DNA of 63,993 bases, counting the filler, from Octopus bimaculoides (lineage: Eukaryota): assembly GCF_001194135.2 (NCBI RefSeq). It is 5 parts of 5 records of this genome, joined end to end, with 100 filler letters (N's around TTAATTAATTAA, not from the genome) between each part and the next. Parts side by side here need not be neighbours in the genome. Positions count along the whole stretch, not along the records: positions 1 to 17,354 come from NC_068995.1; positions 17,455 to 40,775 come from NC_069007.1; 3 more parts are not named here. One strand, 5' to 3'. The notes below the pieces were generated by a model. It made no database searches. It saw only the letters and a program-made list of their open reading frames with translations, and was not told where the DNA came from. A program made the position numbers and the translations under genes. Positions within the stretch are counted from its first letter, which is position 1. Each line of letters starts with the position of its first letter. Of this stretch, positions 11,681-24,549 are shown one piece after another.

Positions 11681-13031
11681 TTTTTAGAATTGCAAGTGAC
11701 CTTTATAATATGGCCATTTTTTTTTTTTTTTTTGAATTGAAAGAAAAAGAATACGCACACATCATTAATTAATGATTCTTTCTGGAATAGGCACACAGCC
11801 TGAAATTTCGTGAGAGGTGGTTAGTTGATTAAATTGACCTCATGACTCAATGGGTTCTTATTTTATCGACTCTGAAAGGAGAAAAGACAAAGTCGATCGC
11901 GGCGGAATTTGAATTCAGGACCTAAAGACAAACGAAATGTTGCGAAGTATTTTGTNNNNNNNNNNCGAAATGTTGCGAAGTATTTTGTCCGGCGTGCTAA
12001 CTAACGGTTCTACCAGTAATAATGATTTCTGCTATCGGCACAAGGCCTGAAATTTTTGGGGAGAGGGTAAGTCGATTACATCGACCCCAGCGCTCGACTG
12101 GTACCTAATTTATCGACCCCGAAAGGATGAAAGGCAAAGTCGACCTCGGCGGAATTTGAACGCAGGATGTGTTCAGCCACTTGCATATTCGTTTTACGAG
12201 CAGACTGTTCCGTTGATGGAATCAATAGGGACTCGTTGTCGTAACCGACGGAGTACCAGTTTTTTTTTTTTAAATGTTATTTTCATCTATGACTTTAGGT
12301 GGAGCTACTTTCTTGATCTGATTAATTACAAGCTGATTTTTTTTTTTAATGTAAATAAGCTGTTGAAATGTGGCGTAAACGACCGGAAGCACTTGAGTCA
12401 GAGGTCAATCGAGTGGTAGATGATGGAGTGCAATGATTATGGAGATGCACTTAGCCTAGTAAGAATTCATTGTGCAGTCAGTTCTTGTATAACCACTAAA
12501 AGTACTGTAGACGATTTGCATCAATAGATAAAGTATTGGCCCCCTAAAAAAAATATCCTTTAAATCATATAAATTATCCTTTACCGTAATACGTTTACTG
12601 TAAATCTTTTCTTGTCTCAGTATTCATGGCTGGAAAACTGCTGTTCTGATGACGTCTAGTGGGGGTAGAAACAAAATACCTACGGTTGTCCTCTTCTCAT
12701 TTGGAATTTAGCGTTGAGTTTGTAAACTCGCAAAACAGCACTTTGGCATGTGATCGTTCTACATTGGACTCGTATCTCTGCGAGTTTATGTGGTGCCGCT
12801 GTTATGAAAAACAAGGCTTGTTTCAAAAGTTAAAGCTGTGTATATCTCAATTGCATTAATTTCATAACATTCCGTTACATTGCTTTATTTCATCATTGTT
12901 TTCTTTCATTGACGGTCCATGTGTTTTTGATTCACTTCGGCATTTTTCAGGTCGAAAATACTATTTCATTTTCTTTGAATTAATTTTTTTTCTTTTACGG
13001 TTCCCTTTGATTGCGTTTTCAAGTCTAGTTT

Positions 13032-13045
13032 GTTGCCATGGCAAC
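13032..13045. promoter_or_regulatory. Perfect RFX X-box palindrome GTTGCCATGGCAAC
   Basis: Exact 14-bp consensus palindrome. Function is not shown, and the flanks look like a DNA-transposon remnant. Confidence 0.35.
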
Positions 13046-14784
13046 TATGGCTGGAAAGTTTCGACTTCCGCTTGTGAGGACATGGACTCATTTCATTGGC
13101 CAAAAATATATAACTTTAGGTGTTTCTATCTTGTTAATCATAACTTTTTCGGAAAAACTAATGCGATATTCTTCACCATCAAGCAAAACTACATCTATGT
13201 GGAATATCTGAAAGCAATCCATTGAGACTTGAAAAATCTTCAAGTGGTTGGAAGAAAACGAAAAAAGCCCCCCCCCCTTCATTTCATTTTTTAATGTTTT
13301 TTAATTTTTTATCTCTGTGTCTTTGAATTTAAATGTTATAGTTTAAAATGTGATCTGTAGTTAATTGACTGTAGAATTTGAGCAATTTTATCACTTTCAA
13401 CTTCACCTCAAGTGTTGTTTGCTAAATTGCGAATCGCTCTGTGTGGTTGCTATTTTCGAAAGTGGGACAAGGAACATTGCTAGTAAAAACCATGCTATGG
13501 CGAAACGAGTTGTTATCCAGTCAATGATCAAAATATTATAGACTTGGCAATATTGAAATTTAGTTCTCCTTCATTTAATATAGCTCGCTGATAGTTGCTA
13601 TTTAGCTGTTGCTTTTATTTGGATTAGATTGGAGAGAGCGATAGTCTATGATATATAGATGCAGGAAAGAAAATGGAGAGTTGAGATAATAGTAATTATT
13701 TATTATTAAAAAATTGGTAATCTTTACTTCTTACAGCCGTTTCCATTAGTGCAACCATCCCTTTACGAGGTTAACTTATCCTCTAGGCATCATTCATATT
13801 ATATATATNNNNNNNNNNNNNNNNNNNNNNNNNNNNNNNNNNNNNNNNNNNNNNNNNNNNNNNNNNNNNNNNNNNNNNNNNNNNNNNNNNNNNNNNNNNN
13901 NNNNNNNNNNNNNNNNNNNNNNNNNNNNNNNNNNNNNNNNNNNNNNNNNNNNNNNNNNNNNNNNNNNNNNNNNNNNNNNNNNNNNNNNNNNNNNNNTATA
14001 TATATATATATCCATCTGTGTATGTGTATGCATGCATGCTGCTTGCCGTTGTGTGTTCTGAAGAATCACAGTGGAGAGAAATAGAGAAGGGTGTGAGGGC
14101 CTTGCCATTCAGTAGCTCAGCTAGCTTGAAGTAACGTACATACGCACGGGAGGCACGTTCAGTAGCGAACAATCCTACCAGTGTTTGCTAGAGACTAGAT
14201 AAAAGTAGCAACTAGTGTTTTAGACTAAAAGTAGGACATAGGATGAATGTGTGGAGCGAACGAGAAGATAAAGAAGCAGTAAATCTATCCCTGTGTCTAC
14301 TAAATAAATATATATCTTAGCTTTTCTGCTATGTATTTTTATTATTATAACAGCATCAAAAGAAGTCAGCCAGTCAGTTTGTATGTGGTGTGTATGTATG
14401 TCTCGCTTTTCGCCCTATCTCAGTCCCCTCTCTTTGTCTGTCATTCAGTTAAACTTTATTTCGCTCAATTTCGAATTTTCACACATTCCTCTAGCACGTT
14501 TCTAGATGTTCCTTATTTGTACTTCCCTCACTAAATCATCTCAACCGAGGTCTCTTTTCCACCATTTACAATTTAACCAATTTATTTATCTACCTATCTC
14601 CATTACGTATTTATTTTTTGAAAAACAAAACAAAAAAAAACTTTTTATCTGTCTTCCTTTCTTAGCTATTAATACTTTCGGTTCTGTTCTGAGTTCGAAT
14701 CTGATACACCTTTTTATCTTTTACTTGTTTCTGTCAATAGTGGTAGTAGGGGTGGGGGAGAGTTGGTAGAAGGTATGACAAAAG

Positions 14785-15078
14785 TCTTGCGCTATTTAAT
14801 TACATGCTGGAGCATCGCTTTAAAGGGTTTTAATCGAACGAATAGACCCCAGAACTATTTTTTTAAAAACCTGTACTTATTCTATCGGTCTCTTGTCGAG
14901 CCGCTAGTCACATACATGCTTCTACACAGTTTTCACCTACCAAATTCACTCACAGGGTGCTGGTCGGCTCGGGGCTATAACTAGAAAACACTTGCCGAAG
15001 GTGTCAAGCAGTGGGACTGAACTCAAAACCACGTGGTTGCAAGGTGAGCTTGCTAACTACACAGACATGTCTGCGCTC
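14785..15078 (-). mobile_element. SINE family A, internally deleted
   Basis: Tail tgctggagcatcgc through head gtgggactgaactcaaaaccacgtggttg on the minus strand. Confidence 0.8.
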
Positions 15079-15424
15079 ACGTTCTTATTATTATACATAC
15101 ACTTTCCTCTTCTCACTCGAGCTGATGTGAGTAGGAATGATAGGCAATTAAATAAGTGCTCTTAATACTCAGAATTCAAGCGGTCTTTCTGTTTAGATTC
15201 GTGCTTACCCAGAGAGAGGTCAAATTGCTAATTTTTATTGTTAGTAAGAGGAAATAGAGTAATAGACATAACGTCTGCAGTCTCTTCCAGTCTGGCAATG
15301 AACGACTGAAATATCTTATGTCCAACTTGAATATCTTCAGTGAGGGGACTGAATACTTAGAATATAAGCAGGGTCTTTTCTTTTGGGTCCAACTGAATGC
15401 AATTGTTTCTTGAAATTTTCTCCT

Positions 15425-15823
15425 GAAAACATCCTTTTTACATATGGACCCCTTGGATTTCTGGTGACCGGTAAATAAAACTCACAGTAATAAAATCACA
15501 ATTTTGGCTTGGAAAAAAAATGTCACAAATTAATTTATGGTGGCTGGTAATAAAGTCACAGGAAAAAAAATCACAATTTATGGGTCCTGGACAAAACCGC
15601 TGTGACTTTTTTTCACCTGGATTCGGATTTCTATCTTACTTGGATGGGCCATCATAGCCATTTTGATGTTTAAAAAGAATCCTATTATATTTTCAAAATT
15701 AAATATTAGGAGTTGTATAAAATAAATTGTTAAACTGTTTTGTGTGTTGTAGAAACATAACCAGTTTATTGTACATAAATATTAACTACAAAATCTTACG
15801 TGAACCCTGGTTGCAAACCACTG
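15425..15823 (+). mobile_element. hAT-like MITE (CAGTGGTT-type end) carrying a nested insertion
   Basis: Right end cctggttgcaaaccactg. The body aligns by eye with the uninterrupted copy at 38985-39236. The left boundary is uncertain. Confidence 0.6.
15462..15624. mobile_element. Nested insertion built of GGAAAAAAAGTCACA-type motifs (Mutator-like MITE remnant)
   Basis: Flanked by duplicated ggatttc (15455-15461, 15625-15631; ttggatttc/tcggatttc if 9 bp). It has about five ggwaaaaaagtcaca-like motifs forward and one inverted (tgtgactttttttcacc). Confidence 0.55.
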
Positions 15824-16679
15824 CTATATGGGGACTAAGGGCACACAAGCAGCTGATGGTGGTGGTGGTGATGTACCCAGATCTACCAGACTAATAAATT
15901 TGTCGTTGTTGTAGTTGTCATCTTCATCTCTAAAGCTGGAAGAAATCCCAATCCACTGGACATTTTGATGTGCTATTCTGCTAGATCATTGCCTTTAATC
16001 ATCATCATCATCATTTAATGTCCGTTGTCCATTCTGGCATGGGTTGGATGGTTTGACCAGTCTGGCATGCCGGAAGGCTGCACCAGGTTCCAGTCTGATT
16101 TAGCATGGTTTTCTACAGCTGGATATTTTCCTAATGCCAACCACTCCGAGAGTGTAATGGATGCTTTTACGTGCCACCGGCATGGGTGCCATTTGCGTAA
16201 CACTGGGGTGCTTTTACGTGTCACCGGCATGGGTGCCAATTTGCGTGACTTTTGGCTGCTGTTTTTATGATACAATGACTGTGGTTTTCTCATAGGCAGG
16301 TCAACCAGCCAAATTGCTAACGCTAAAAGTAGTAACTGTTAAGAACTGCAGTTTGCCAATAGTTGACATCTGAGAGTCATACTGTTTAGAAGTGGTAGTC
16401 GTGACTGGGGTGGGTGGAGGTCAGGGTTTTTAACGTTTTTTTATAGAACCTGCAAGTGTATCAGGGTAAGGTTTATGAGTAGATAGAGTTATGTACTTGG
16501 CATGTTTTTACATAAGAGCAAAGAAAACAATGAAAAGTGAATCAATGACGCCCCCACCCATCCAATGCCACCACTACCACCACAACCTCTATAAACCAGA
16601 TTAGCTCTGATTAGCCAGAGACTGTGTTGTGTCATTGTGAATAGTTAAGTATGATCACGCTAGAATTGGTTGACCACTG

Positions 16680-16900
16680 GTGTGAAGGTGCATGGCCTAG
16701 TGGTTAGGTATGTTGCAATCGCGTTCATGAGATCGTGGTTTCACTTCCTCACTCAGCTATAAAAGGGTCACCCTGTGGATGGACTAACCTTCCGGTCAAG
16801 GGGGGAATGTTGGCCTGTTCGCTTAGCCAGTGGGATGACATCATTCGATAGCTAAAACAATACAAAGCGCATTGTGACCAGCAGTGTGTGACATCTTATA
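16680..16900 (+). mobile_element. SINE family C head with partial body
   Basis: gcatggcctagtggttagg (A box) ... gatcgtggtttcacttcc; related to 31622-31848 (-) and 17105-17215 (+). Confidence 0.6.
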
Positions 16901-17024
16901 GTCTACTGGATCACGTGATTAATCCAAAACAATGTGAATAAAATAAGCATTTACATTTGACTAAGAAATCTGAATGCTGTGAAGAGTTAATGAGAAATGG
17001 AGAGGCATAAGAGGAAGGAGAAAG

Positions 17025-17025
<1 letters not shown>

Positions 17026-17082
<57 letters not shown>

Positions 17083-17100
17083 TAGTTGTTGTTGTTGGTG
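17026..17100. repeat. (TAG)n then (TTG)n microsatellite
   Basis: Direct reading. Confidence 0.95.
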
Positions 17101-18257
17101 TTGTTTAACCCTAGGTTATCTCTCATTGGTATTTGGCTCACAGTCAAATGATCATGAGTTCGACACATTGTGTCTGTGAGTAAAGACACTTCACATTGCT
17201 CCACTTCACTCAGCTGCTAAAATTGCTGGTAATGTGTGGTGGTCGTGGCAGTTGGTGTGGTGGTTTTCTTGTAGTATGTGGGGGGGGTGTGCACGCATTG
17301 ATGTAGAAGGGGGCGGTGTTGATGATGATGATGATGATATATGCAGCTTGTGATNNNNNNNNNNNNNNNNNNNNNNNNNNNNNNNNNNNNNNNNNNNNTT
17401 AATTAATTAANNNNNNNNNNNNNNNNNNNNNNNNNNNNNNNNNNNNNNNNNNNNAGTCGATTAGATCAACCCCAGTACGCAACTGGTACTTAATTTATCG
17501 AACCCCGAAAGGATGAAAGGCAAAGTCGGCCTCAGCGGAATTTGAACTCAGAACGTCAAGACGGGCGAAATACTGCTAAGCGTCTTGCCCATTGCATTAA
17601 TGATTCTGCTAGTCTCTGTGTGTGTGTGTGTGTGTGTGTGCATGTGAGTGTGTGTGTGAGAGGGAGAGCATCTGTGAATACGTGTGTGTGTGTGTTTATG
17701 TATGTTTGTGTGTGTGTGCATGTATCTCCGTGTGTTTGCACGTGTGTGTGTGCGTGCGTGTGCATGCATGCGTGTATGTGTGCGTGTGATGGATCAGTGC
17801 CTAAGTAGATCTGATTATTGGTGTTCAATACTCTCTCAACGCCATATACTCTGGTGCACTTGTGCATGCGCACGCACATTTCACATCCAATGCACAAAGG
17901 TAAGCAAAAAAAAAATGTCTGAACAGACAAGGTTTCCAAGATGAAAGCAATTTTTTTTTCTTTTAATTGAAGATGGTTTACTCACCTGAATGTCTCCATA
18001 CATTGCAGAGGAAAAAAGCTAAGTTTGTCCACAAGCAAGATTCTGTATACAACCGCATACGTGCATGTGCACACACACACATTTGCAGACACACATACAT
18101 ACACACGTGCACATATACACATAGATGCAAGCACATAAACACTGGAACACAGACACACTCACAAACACACAGAAAAGCAAACACACACACACATCTATAT
18201 ATATGTATATATATATATGTATATAAATGTGTATATATATACATATACATACATACA

Positions 18258-18300
<43 letters not shown>

Positions 18301-18450
18301 ATATATATACACACATATGTATGCATTCTTTTATTCTTTTTACATGCTGCAGTCATTTGACTGCAGCCATATATACTTATATAACTGCCTTGAGGATGTA
18401 TACATATACATACATACAAATGTATAACTATATATATATGTGTGTGTGTG

Positions 18451-18509
<59 letters not shown>

Positions 18510-18680
18510 NNNNNNNNNNNNNNNNNNNNNNNNNNNNNNNNNNNNNNNNNNNNNNNNNNNNNNNNNNNNNNNNNNNNNNNNNNNNNNNNNNNNNNNNNNN
18601 NNNNNNNNNNNNNNNNNNNNNNNNNNNNNNNNNNNNNNNNNNNNNNNNNNNNNNNNNNNNNNNNNNNNNNNNNNNNNNNN

Positions 18681-18760
<80 letters not shown>

Positions 18761-19431
18761 TATTTTCATACATACACACATTATACATGTATATGTATAT
18801 ATCCACATCTGTATCTTTTACTCTCTTTCTCTCTCTTTCTATAGATTGAAATAGATTGATAGACACACACACACACACACACACACACTCAACTGCAACT
18901 GGTTATACAGCATGTGTCTAACAACAAACAGTGTATTATATCAACATTATATGATAAACTAACCAATATCTATAGACAATACATTATATCAATCTTTTAG
19001 GATAAATCTACCAATACCTTATCAATGCTGTTACAATGAAAGTCTTGCAAAAATATATTGATATTTCCAATATAAGAAATCAATAGATTTATCTGTTCAA
19101 TTTACCGATTCAGTCGCAGACACAGGAAAGCTTTGTATATGCTTATGCCAACCACATCTCCAACACCCTCTTTTTTTCTTTGTGCATGTGTGTGTGTTTG
19201 TGTGTATGTGTGTGTCTGTGTGTGTGTCTGTGTATGTATGTGTGTGTGTATGTATGTGTGAGTATCTGTTTGTGCATGTGTGTGTATGTATGTACGTACG
19301 TACGTATGTATGTATGTATGTATGTGCAAATTTTATGATGGAAATAGGATATATATAAATATATATATACATATGTATGCATGTGTGTATTTATGTATGT
19401 ACATATATATATATGTGTGTGTGTGTGTGTG

Positions 19432-19469
<38 letters not shown>

Positions 19470-20246
19470 CACATATATATAAATATACATATATATATAT
19501 ACATACATACATACATACATACATGTGTGTGTGTGCATGTATGTAAACAGAGAGAGAGAGAGAGAAACATAAACACACACACATATACATATATGCATAT
19601 ACATATACATACTTACATACACATGAATACATATTGTTAAGATCACAAGATCTTATACTCTTTGAGAGAATGTGAAATAATTCAATTTCTGGCATGGTAG
19701 ATCTTGAAGTAGGAAAAGCCATAAAGAATTGCAAGTAAATATTGGATTAAGAGAAACCTTTTAGACACACAGACTTAAAAGCCAATCTTCTCTTTTAAAA
19801 GGGATGCCTAACTTTCTATGACAACTTTATCTGAATTTGCTGATGGTCGCAGGCTTGTGACATGGTGTGCGTATCACCTGTGAATTAGGGTTATTATGTA
19901 ACTATAATTATGCAATAATTGTGGTTATCATGTAGCTGTAATTACATGATAATTATGGTTATTACCTATTATGTGAGACTTGGCCTCTTGAAACGGCTGT
20001 TGAGATAAGACATTGCATGACCTTTCTGCATACATATGACACTGGAAAGAAACAAAAGTTAAGTAATCAACACTCGGAGTGGTTGGCGTTAGGAAGGGCA
20101 TCCAGCTGTAGAAACTCTGACAGATGAGATTAGAGCCTGGTGCAGCCATCTGGTTTCACCAGTCCTCTGTCAAACCGTTCAACCCATGCCAGCATAGAAA
20201 GCGGACGTTAAACGATGATGATGATGATGAGGAGGAGGATGATGAT

Positions 20247-20314
<68 letters not shown>

Positions 20315-21358
20315 TGTATGTTTACACACTATTTTTGTAGGTGTGTATGGACATATACAGTTGTTTGAATGGATGTATATTTGCATATATGCAAGTGTGT
20401 AGTGCAAGTATATAAAATGACAGTGACATGGCAGCCATTTGCATTTGTATCAAATTTGCCACTGTTTAAAAGCAAAGCTTTAATGAAATTTTGTTCCACA
20501 TAAAGGAATGCTATTAAAAGCAGTCTTTTAGCTTGAGAATCTCATTGAATTGAACAGCGACACAGTCTGTTAAGGAATATTAACCTTTCTCTATTTGACT
20601 TTAAGCATCTAAAAAAGAAACTGTGAGGTTTTAAAATATATGTGTCTGACAAAGCCACAAAAACTGACAAATCAGATCTGTGTGTTATTTATAGCAATTA
20701 ATGTAGGAAGTAGTAGTAGTAGTAATAATAATAATAATAATAATAATTATTATAATAATAATAATAATGGTTTTAAATTTTGCCACAAGGGCAACCATTT
20801 TGTGGGAGGAGATGAATTAATTACATAAACCCCAGTGTTCAAATGGTACTTATTTTATCGACTCCAAAAGGATGAAAAAGGCAAAGTCAACCTCGGCAGA
20901 ATTTGAACACAGAACATAAGGCAACACCAGGCTCCAATCTGATTTAGCAGAGTTTCTACAGCTGGATGCCCTTCCTAATGCCAACCACTCCGAGAGTGTA
21001 GTGGGTGCTTTTACGTGCCACCGGCACGAGGGCCAATCAGGTGGGTACTGGCGACGGCCATGCTCAAAATGGTGTATTTTATGTGCCACCCGCACAAGAG
21101 CCAGTCCAGGGGCACTGGCAACGATCTCGTTCAGAAAAAAAAAAGCGGAGCTCACAGGTGCAGTCTTCAGGAATTTACAAGAAAAAAAACAAAATGCTAA
21201 TGACTCTGGCAGCCGACCACCATCATTGCCAAATACGTAATGGCATCAATGCTTCCACATTACATTATAATAGTAACACCTATTTCTTTCCACATTGATT
21301 TGCTTTCTGTATAGTAACACCTAAATTTCTTCTATTAATTTACTGATGTGACTGCATT

Positions 21359-21427
<69 letters not shown>

Positions 21428-21632
21428 TAACACAAACAACAACAAAAAAAGAGAGAAAAAACAATAACAACGATAAAAAAAATATTAAATAAATGAGAAC
21501 AACAACGTTAATGGCAGGAGAAATCAATCTGTCTCACAAGAAGATGTTATTGATTTTGTTTTGTCAGATATTTCTACGTGCTTTGTTTTGCCTCATTTCA
21601 TACTACTCAGCATTAAGTTAAAGTCAATGAAA

Positions 21633-22652
21633 TACGAGATGGCATCAAAAAGTTCGCTGACTTGTTCTGTAGCGTGCCAACAGATGGCAGCACATGGTTC
21701 CAGGTGCAGTGATAGCTAGCAGTCACCTTCACTAGGCAGTGTGCCGAGAGACATTGCTGTACTTACTTCGCAAGTTGTGAAATTTGTGTTTTTGTGTGAT
21801 CGCGTGTATGCTGTAGTTTGTGATTTCTGTCATGGACAAGAACCAAAAGCCGACGTGAAATATTGTGTTAATCTTGGGAAGTCTGCTACAGAGACATTGA
21901 GCATGCTTTGGCAAGCTTACGGCAATGAAGCAGTGGGTTGTATGCAATGTTTTGAGTGACATGGTTGCTTCGAAAGCAGAAGAATGTCACTAGAAGATGA
22001 TGAGTGATTTGGAAAACCTGCCGTGAGTGTCACCCTTGGAAATGTGAAAAAAATTCATCTTGTACATGAGGATTGTCAGGGGACAGTCAACAACATTTTG
22101 AAGCATTTGAGGGATGACACTTGGTGAAAGCCCAAGATGAAAATGTAGCTCAAAGGTTTCCATTTTAACATCGTTGTCAAGATCCAGAAGGAATTGCAGA
22201 AAGTGCTCAACTCACTTATGAAGATGACTTACAAGCCAGATTCAAAGGTCCCCATTTTAACACCATTATTAGGATCCAAAGTAAATCCCAGAAGGTCCTC
22301 GGCTTGCTTATGGAAAACGACTTCCAGCAGGGGCAGACTGAGCCGTAGATCAACCAGGCACTGCCCAAGGGCCTGGAGCCCTGAGGAGCCCACACTCTAC
22401 ATGTTAACTCTTCTAAAACACACATTTGAAGGGGCCCAGTAAACAGTTATGACCAAGGGCCCTTAATACTCTCAGTCCACCCCTGACTTCCAGGCTAGAT
22501 TCCAAAAGTGGAAGGAATGCAGGGACCAGTGTACTGCAGTGCAAGGGGACTATTTTGATCTATTGCAGTGCAAGGGGACTATTTACATAGGTAAATAAGT
22601 TATTTTTTTATTCAACGTAACTAGTCTGGGAACCTTTTGATCCTGCCCCTTA
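21633..22652 (+). mobile_element. Internally deleted, decayed mariner transposon
   Basis: Left TIR TA-cgagatggcatcaaaaagttcgctgact, right TIR agtctgggaaccttttgatcctgcccct-TA. N-terminal HTH: ADVKYCVNLGKSATETLSMLWQAYGNEAVGCMQCFE*HGCFESRRMSLEDDE. C-terminus: LKGFHFNIVVKIQKELQKVLNSL ... DFQARFQKWKECRDQCTAVQGDYF. The catalytic DD34D core is absent. Confidence 0.9.
22328..22485. mobile_element. hAT-like MITE (158 bp) inserted in the mariner remnant
   Basis: 15-bp TIRs caggggcagactgag / ctcagtccacccctg (2 mismatches) and a perfect 8-bp TSD ACTTCCAG (22320-22327, 22486-22493). CAG termini with an 8-bp TSD are hAT hallmarks. Confidence 0.9.
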
Positions 22653-22874
22653 ATAAGTACCAGTTGAATACTGGGGTTCATGGCATCAACTTACCCCCTC
22701 CCTGAAATTGCTGGTTTTCTGCCAAAATTTGAAATCAATGTTATTTTGGAAATGTGGTATTACATAGACGAGGCTCTTTAAGTAAATGGATTGGCCATAT
22801 CTGGAATCATATCTGGAATCTTGATAAACTTGGTCTGCTCGATGCCCCAAACTGAATCAACTTGGGGTTTAAAC

Positions 22875-23030
22875 AGGAACAGCAACAACAACAACAACAA
22901 CAACAACAACAGCAGCAACAGCAGCAGCAGCAGCAGCAACAAACAACAACAACAACAACAAAAACAAACAGTAACAACAACAACAACAACAATACCGGCA
23001 GTAGCAGCAGCAGCAGCAAACAACAACAGA
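22875..23030. repeat. Compound (AAC)n/(CAG)n trinucleotide repeat
   Basis: Direct reading; source of the polyQ/polyN pseudo-ORFs. Confidence 0.95.
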
Positions 23031-23630
23031 AGAGAGAAGTGAGAGGTTGATTAATGTTTGGAAAGCTCGTTAAGCAAAAGTGACTCCATAAGTAGATATG
23101 AGGGGATGCGGTGNNNNNNNNNNNNNNNNNNNNNNNNNNNNNNNNNNNNNNNNNNNNNNNNNNNNNNNNNNNNNNNNNNNNNNNNNNNNNNNNNNNNNNN
23201 NNNNNNNNNNNNNNNNNNNNNNNNNNNNNNNNNNNNNNNNNNNNNNNNNNNNNNNNNNNNNNNNNNNNGGGGTGGACACAGAGGTTGCACACGGGGGGGG
23301 TTGGGGGTTGGAGGTGTTGGAGATGGAGGAAGAACTGGTCAGGTTTATTGATTTGGAATAATCAAAGATGGAACCGTTGACTTCAAGTGGATCCACTGAC
23401 TTTTCTTTTTTTATTGTGTTTGTGAATCGATGAACGAATCTGTTTCTCTATCTACCTATCTCTTTGTGTATGCATGCGTGTATGTGTGTGCATGTGTCTA
23501 TGTACGTGTGTGTATGCATGTGTGTATATGTGTATATGTGTGTATGTGTGTATCTGTGTGTATGTATGTGCATGTGTTTGAATGTATGTATGCATATATC
23601 TGTCTGTCTATTTATCTACCTGTCTAACAG

Positions 23631-23670
<40 letters not shown>

Positions 23671-23822
23671 GCCATCTATCTATTTATCTATCTATCTACC
23701 TGTCTGTCTGTCTATCTATCTCTCTATCTATATATCTATCGATTTGCCTGCCTGTCTGCCTGTCTGCCTATTTATCAATTTACCAATATTTTAATGGTAG
23801 CTCACTTTCTTCCTCATCGGAG

Positions 23823-23856
<34 letters not shown>

Positions 23857-24443
23857 ACACACACACACACACACATACCCTTTAAAAAAACAATTACAAA
23901 AAGCAAACAAACAAAAAAAGAATAAAATGGAAACCCCCCCACTCAAAAAAAAACCCCACAGAAAAAACGAAAAACAAAAACAAAAACAAATGAGTTGAAC
24001 ATGAAATGAAAACAAGACCATCTTTAATTTATGGCTAGGTAAGTGATATTGATCTCTGATGCTATAGTTTGCCTTAGTTATCTAGCGACACAACATTTTA
24101 TGATTAGCTGGCGGATATCGTTGATAACCTAACAAAAGCACTTAACCGATATCAACATAGACATTTTCATTACGCAGGTGATATCGACCGAAATGCAGTA
24201 CCCGTCAGCTGAGTCACATCGACATAAACCTATGTTTAACTAGATTTGTTGTTGCTTCCTAACAGCGTTTGAATTCATATCAAAGTCTTTTCTACGATAT
24301 GAATTCTTCCTGTAAATTCCCTTTGCGAATGAATTAATTATGGTTGGCATATACCATCCTGGTTGTTGCTGTTGTTGTTGTTGTTGTTGTTGCTGTATTT
24401 TTCTTTGATATTCTGGTTAACTATGGTTAAGTATATGATATCA

Positions 24444-24492
<49 letters not shown>

Positions 24493-24508
24493 GATGTATA
24501 TGTGTGTG

Positions 24509-24549
<41 letters not shown>

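Noticed and set aside
14040-14200. Protein-like minus frame QTLVGLFATERASRAYVRYFKLAELLNGK
   Set aside because: Short, unrecognised, and not joinable in frame to the other minus-strand candidates.
22862-23050. PolyQ/polyN protein ORF
   Set aside because: Translation of a compound AAC/CAG microsatellite, open in several frames on both strands, with no unique coding flanks.
23270-23365. FIDLE motif suggesting an RT domain
   Set aside because: An immediate stop follows, with no KAFD continuation; too little to call.
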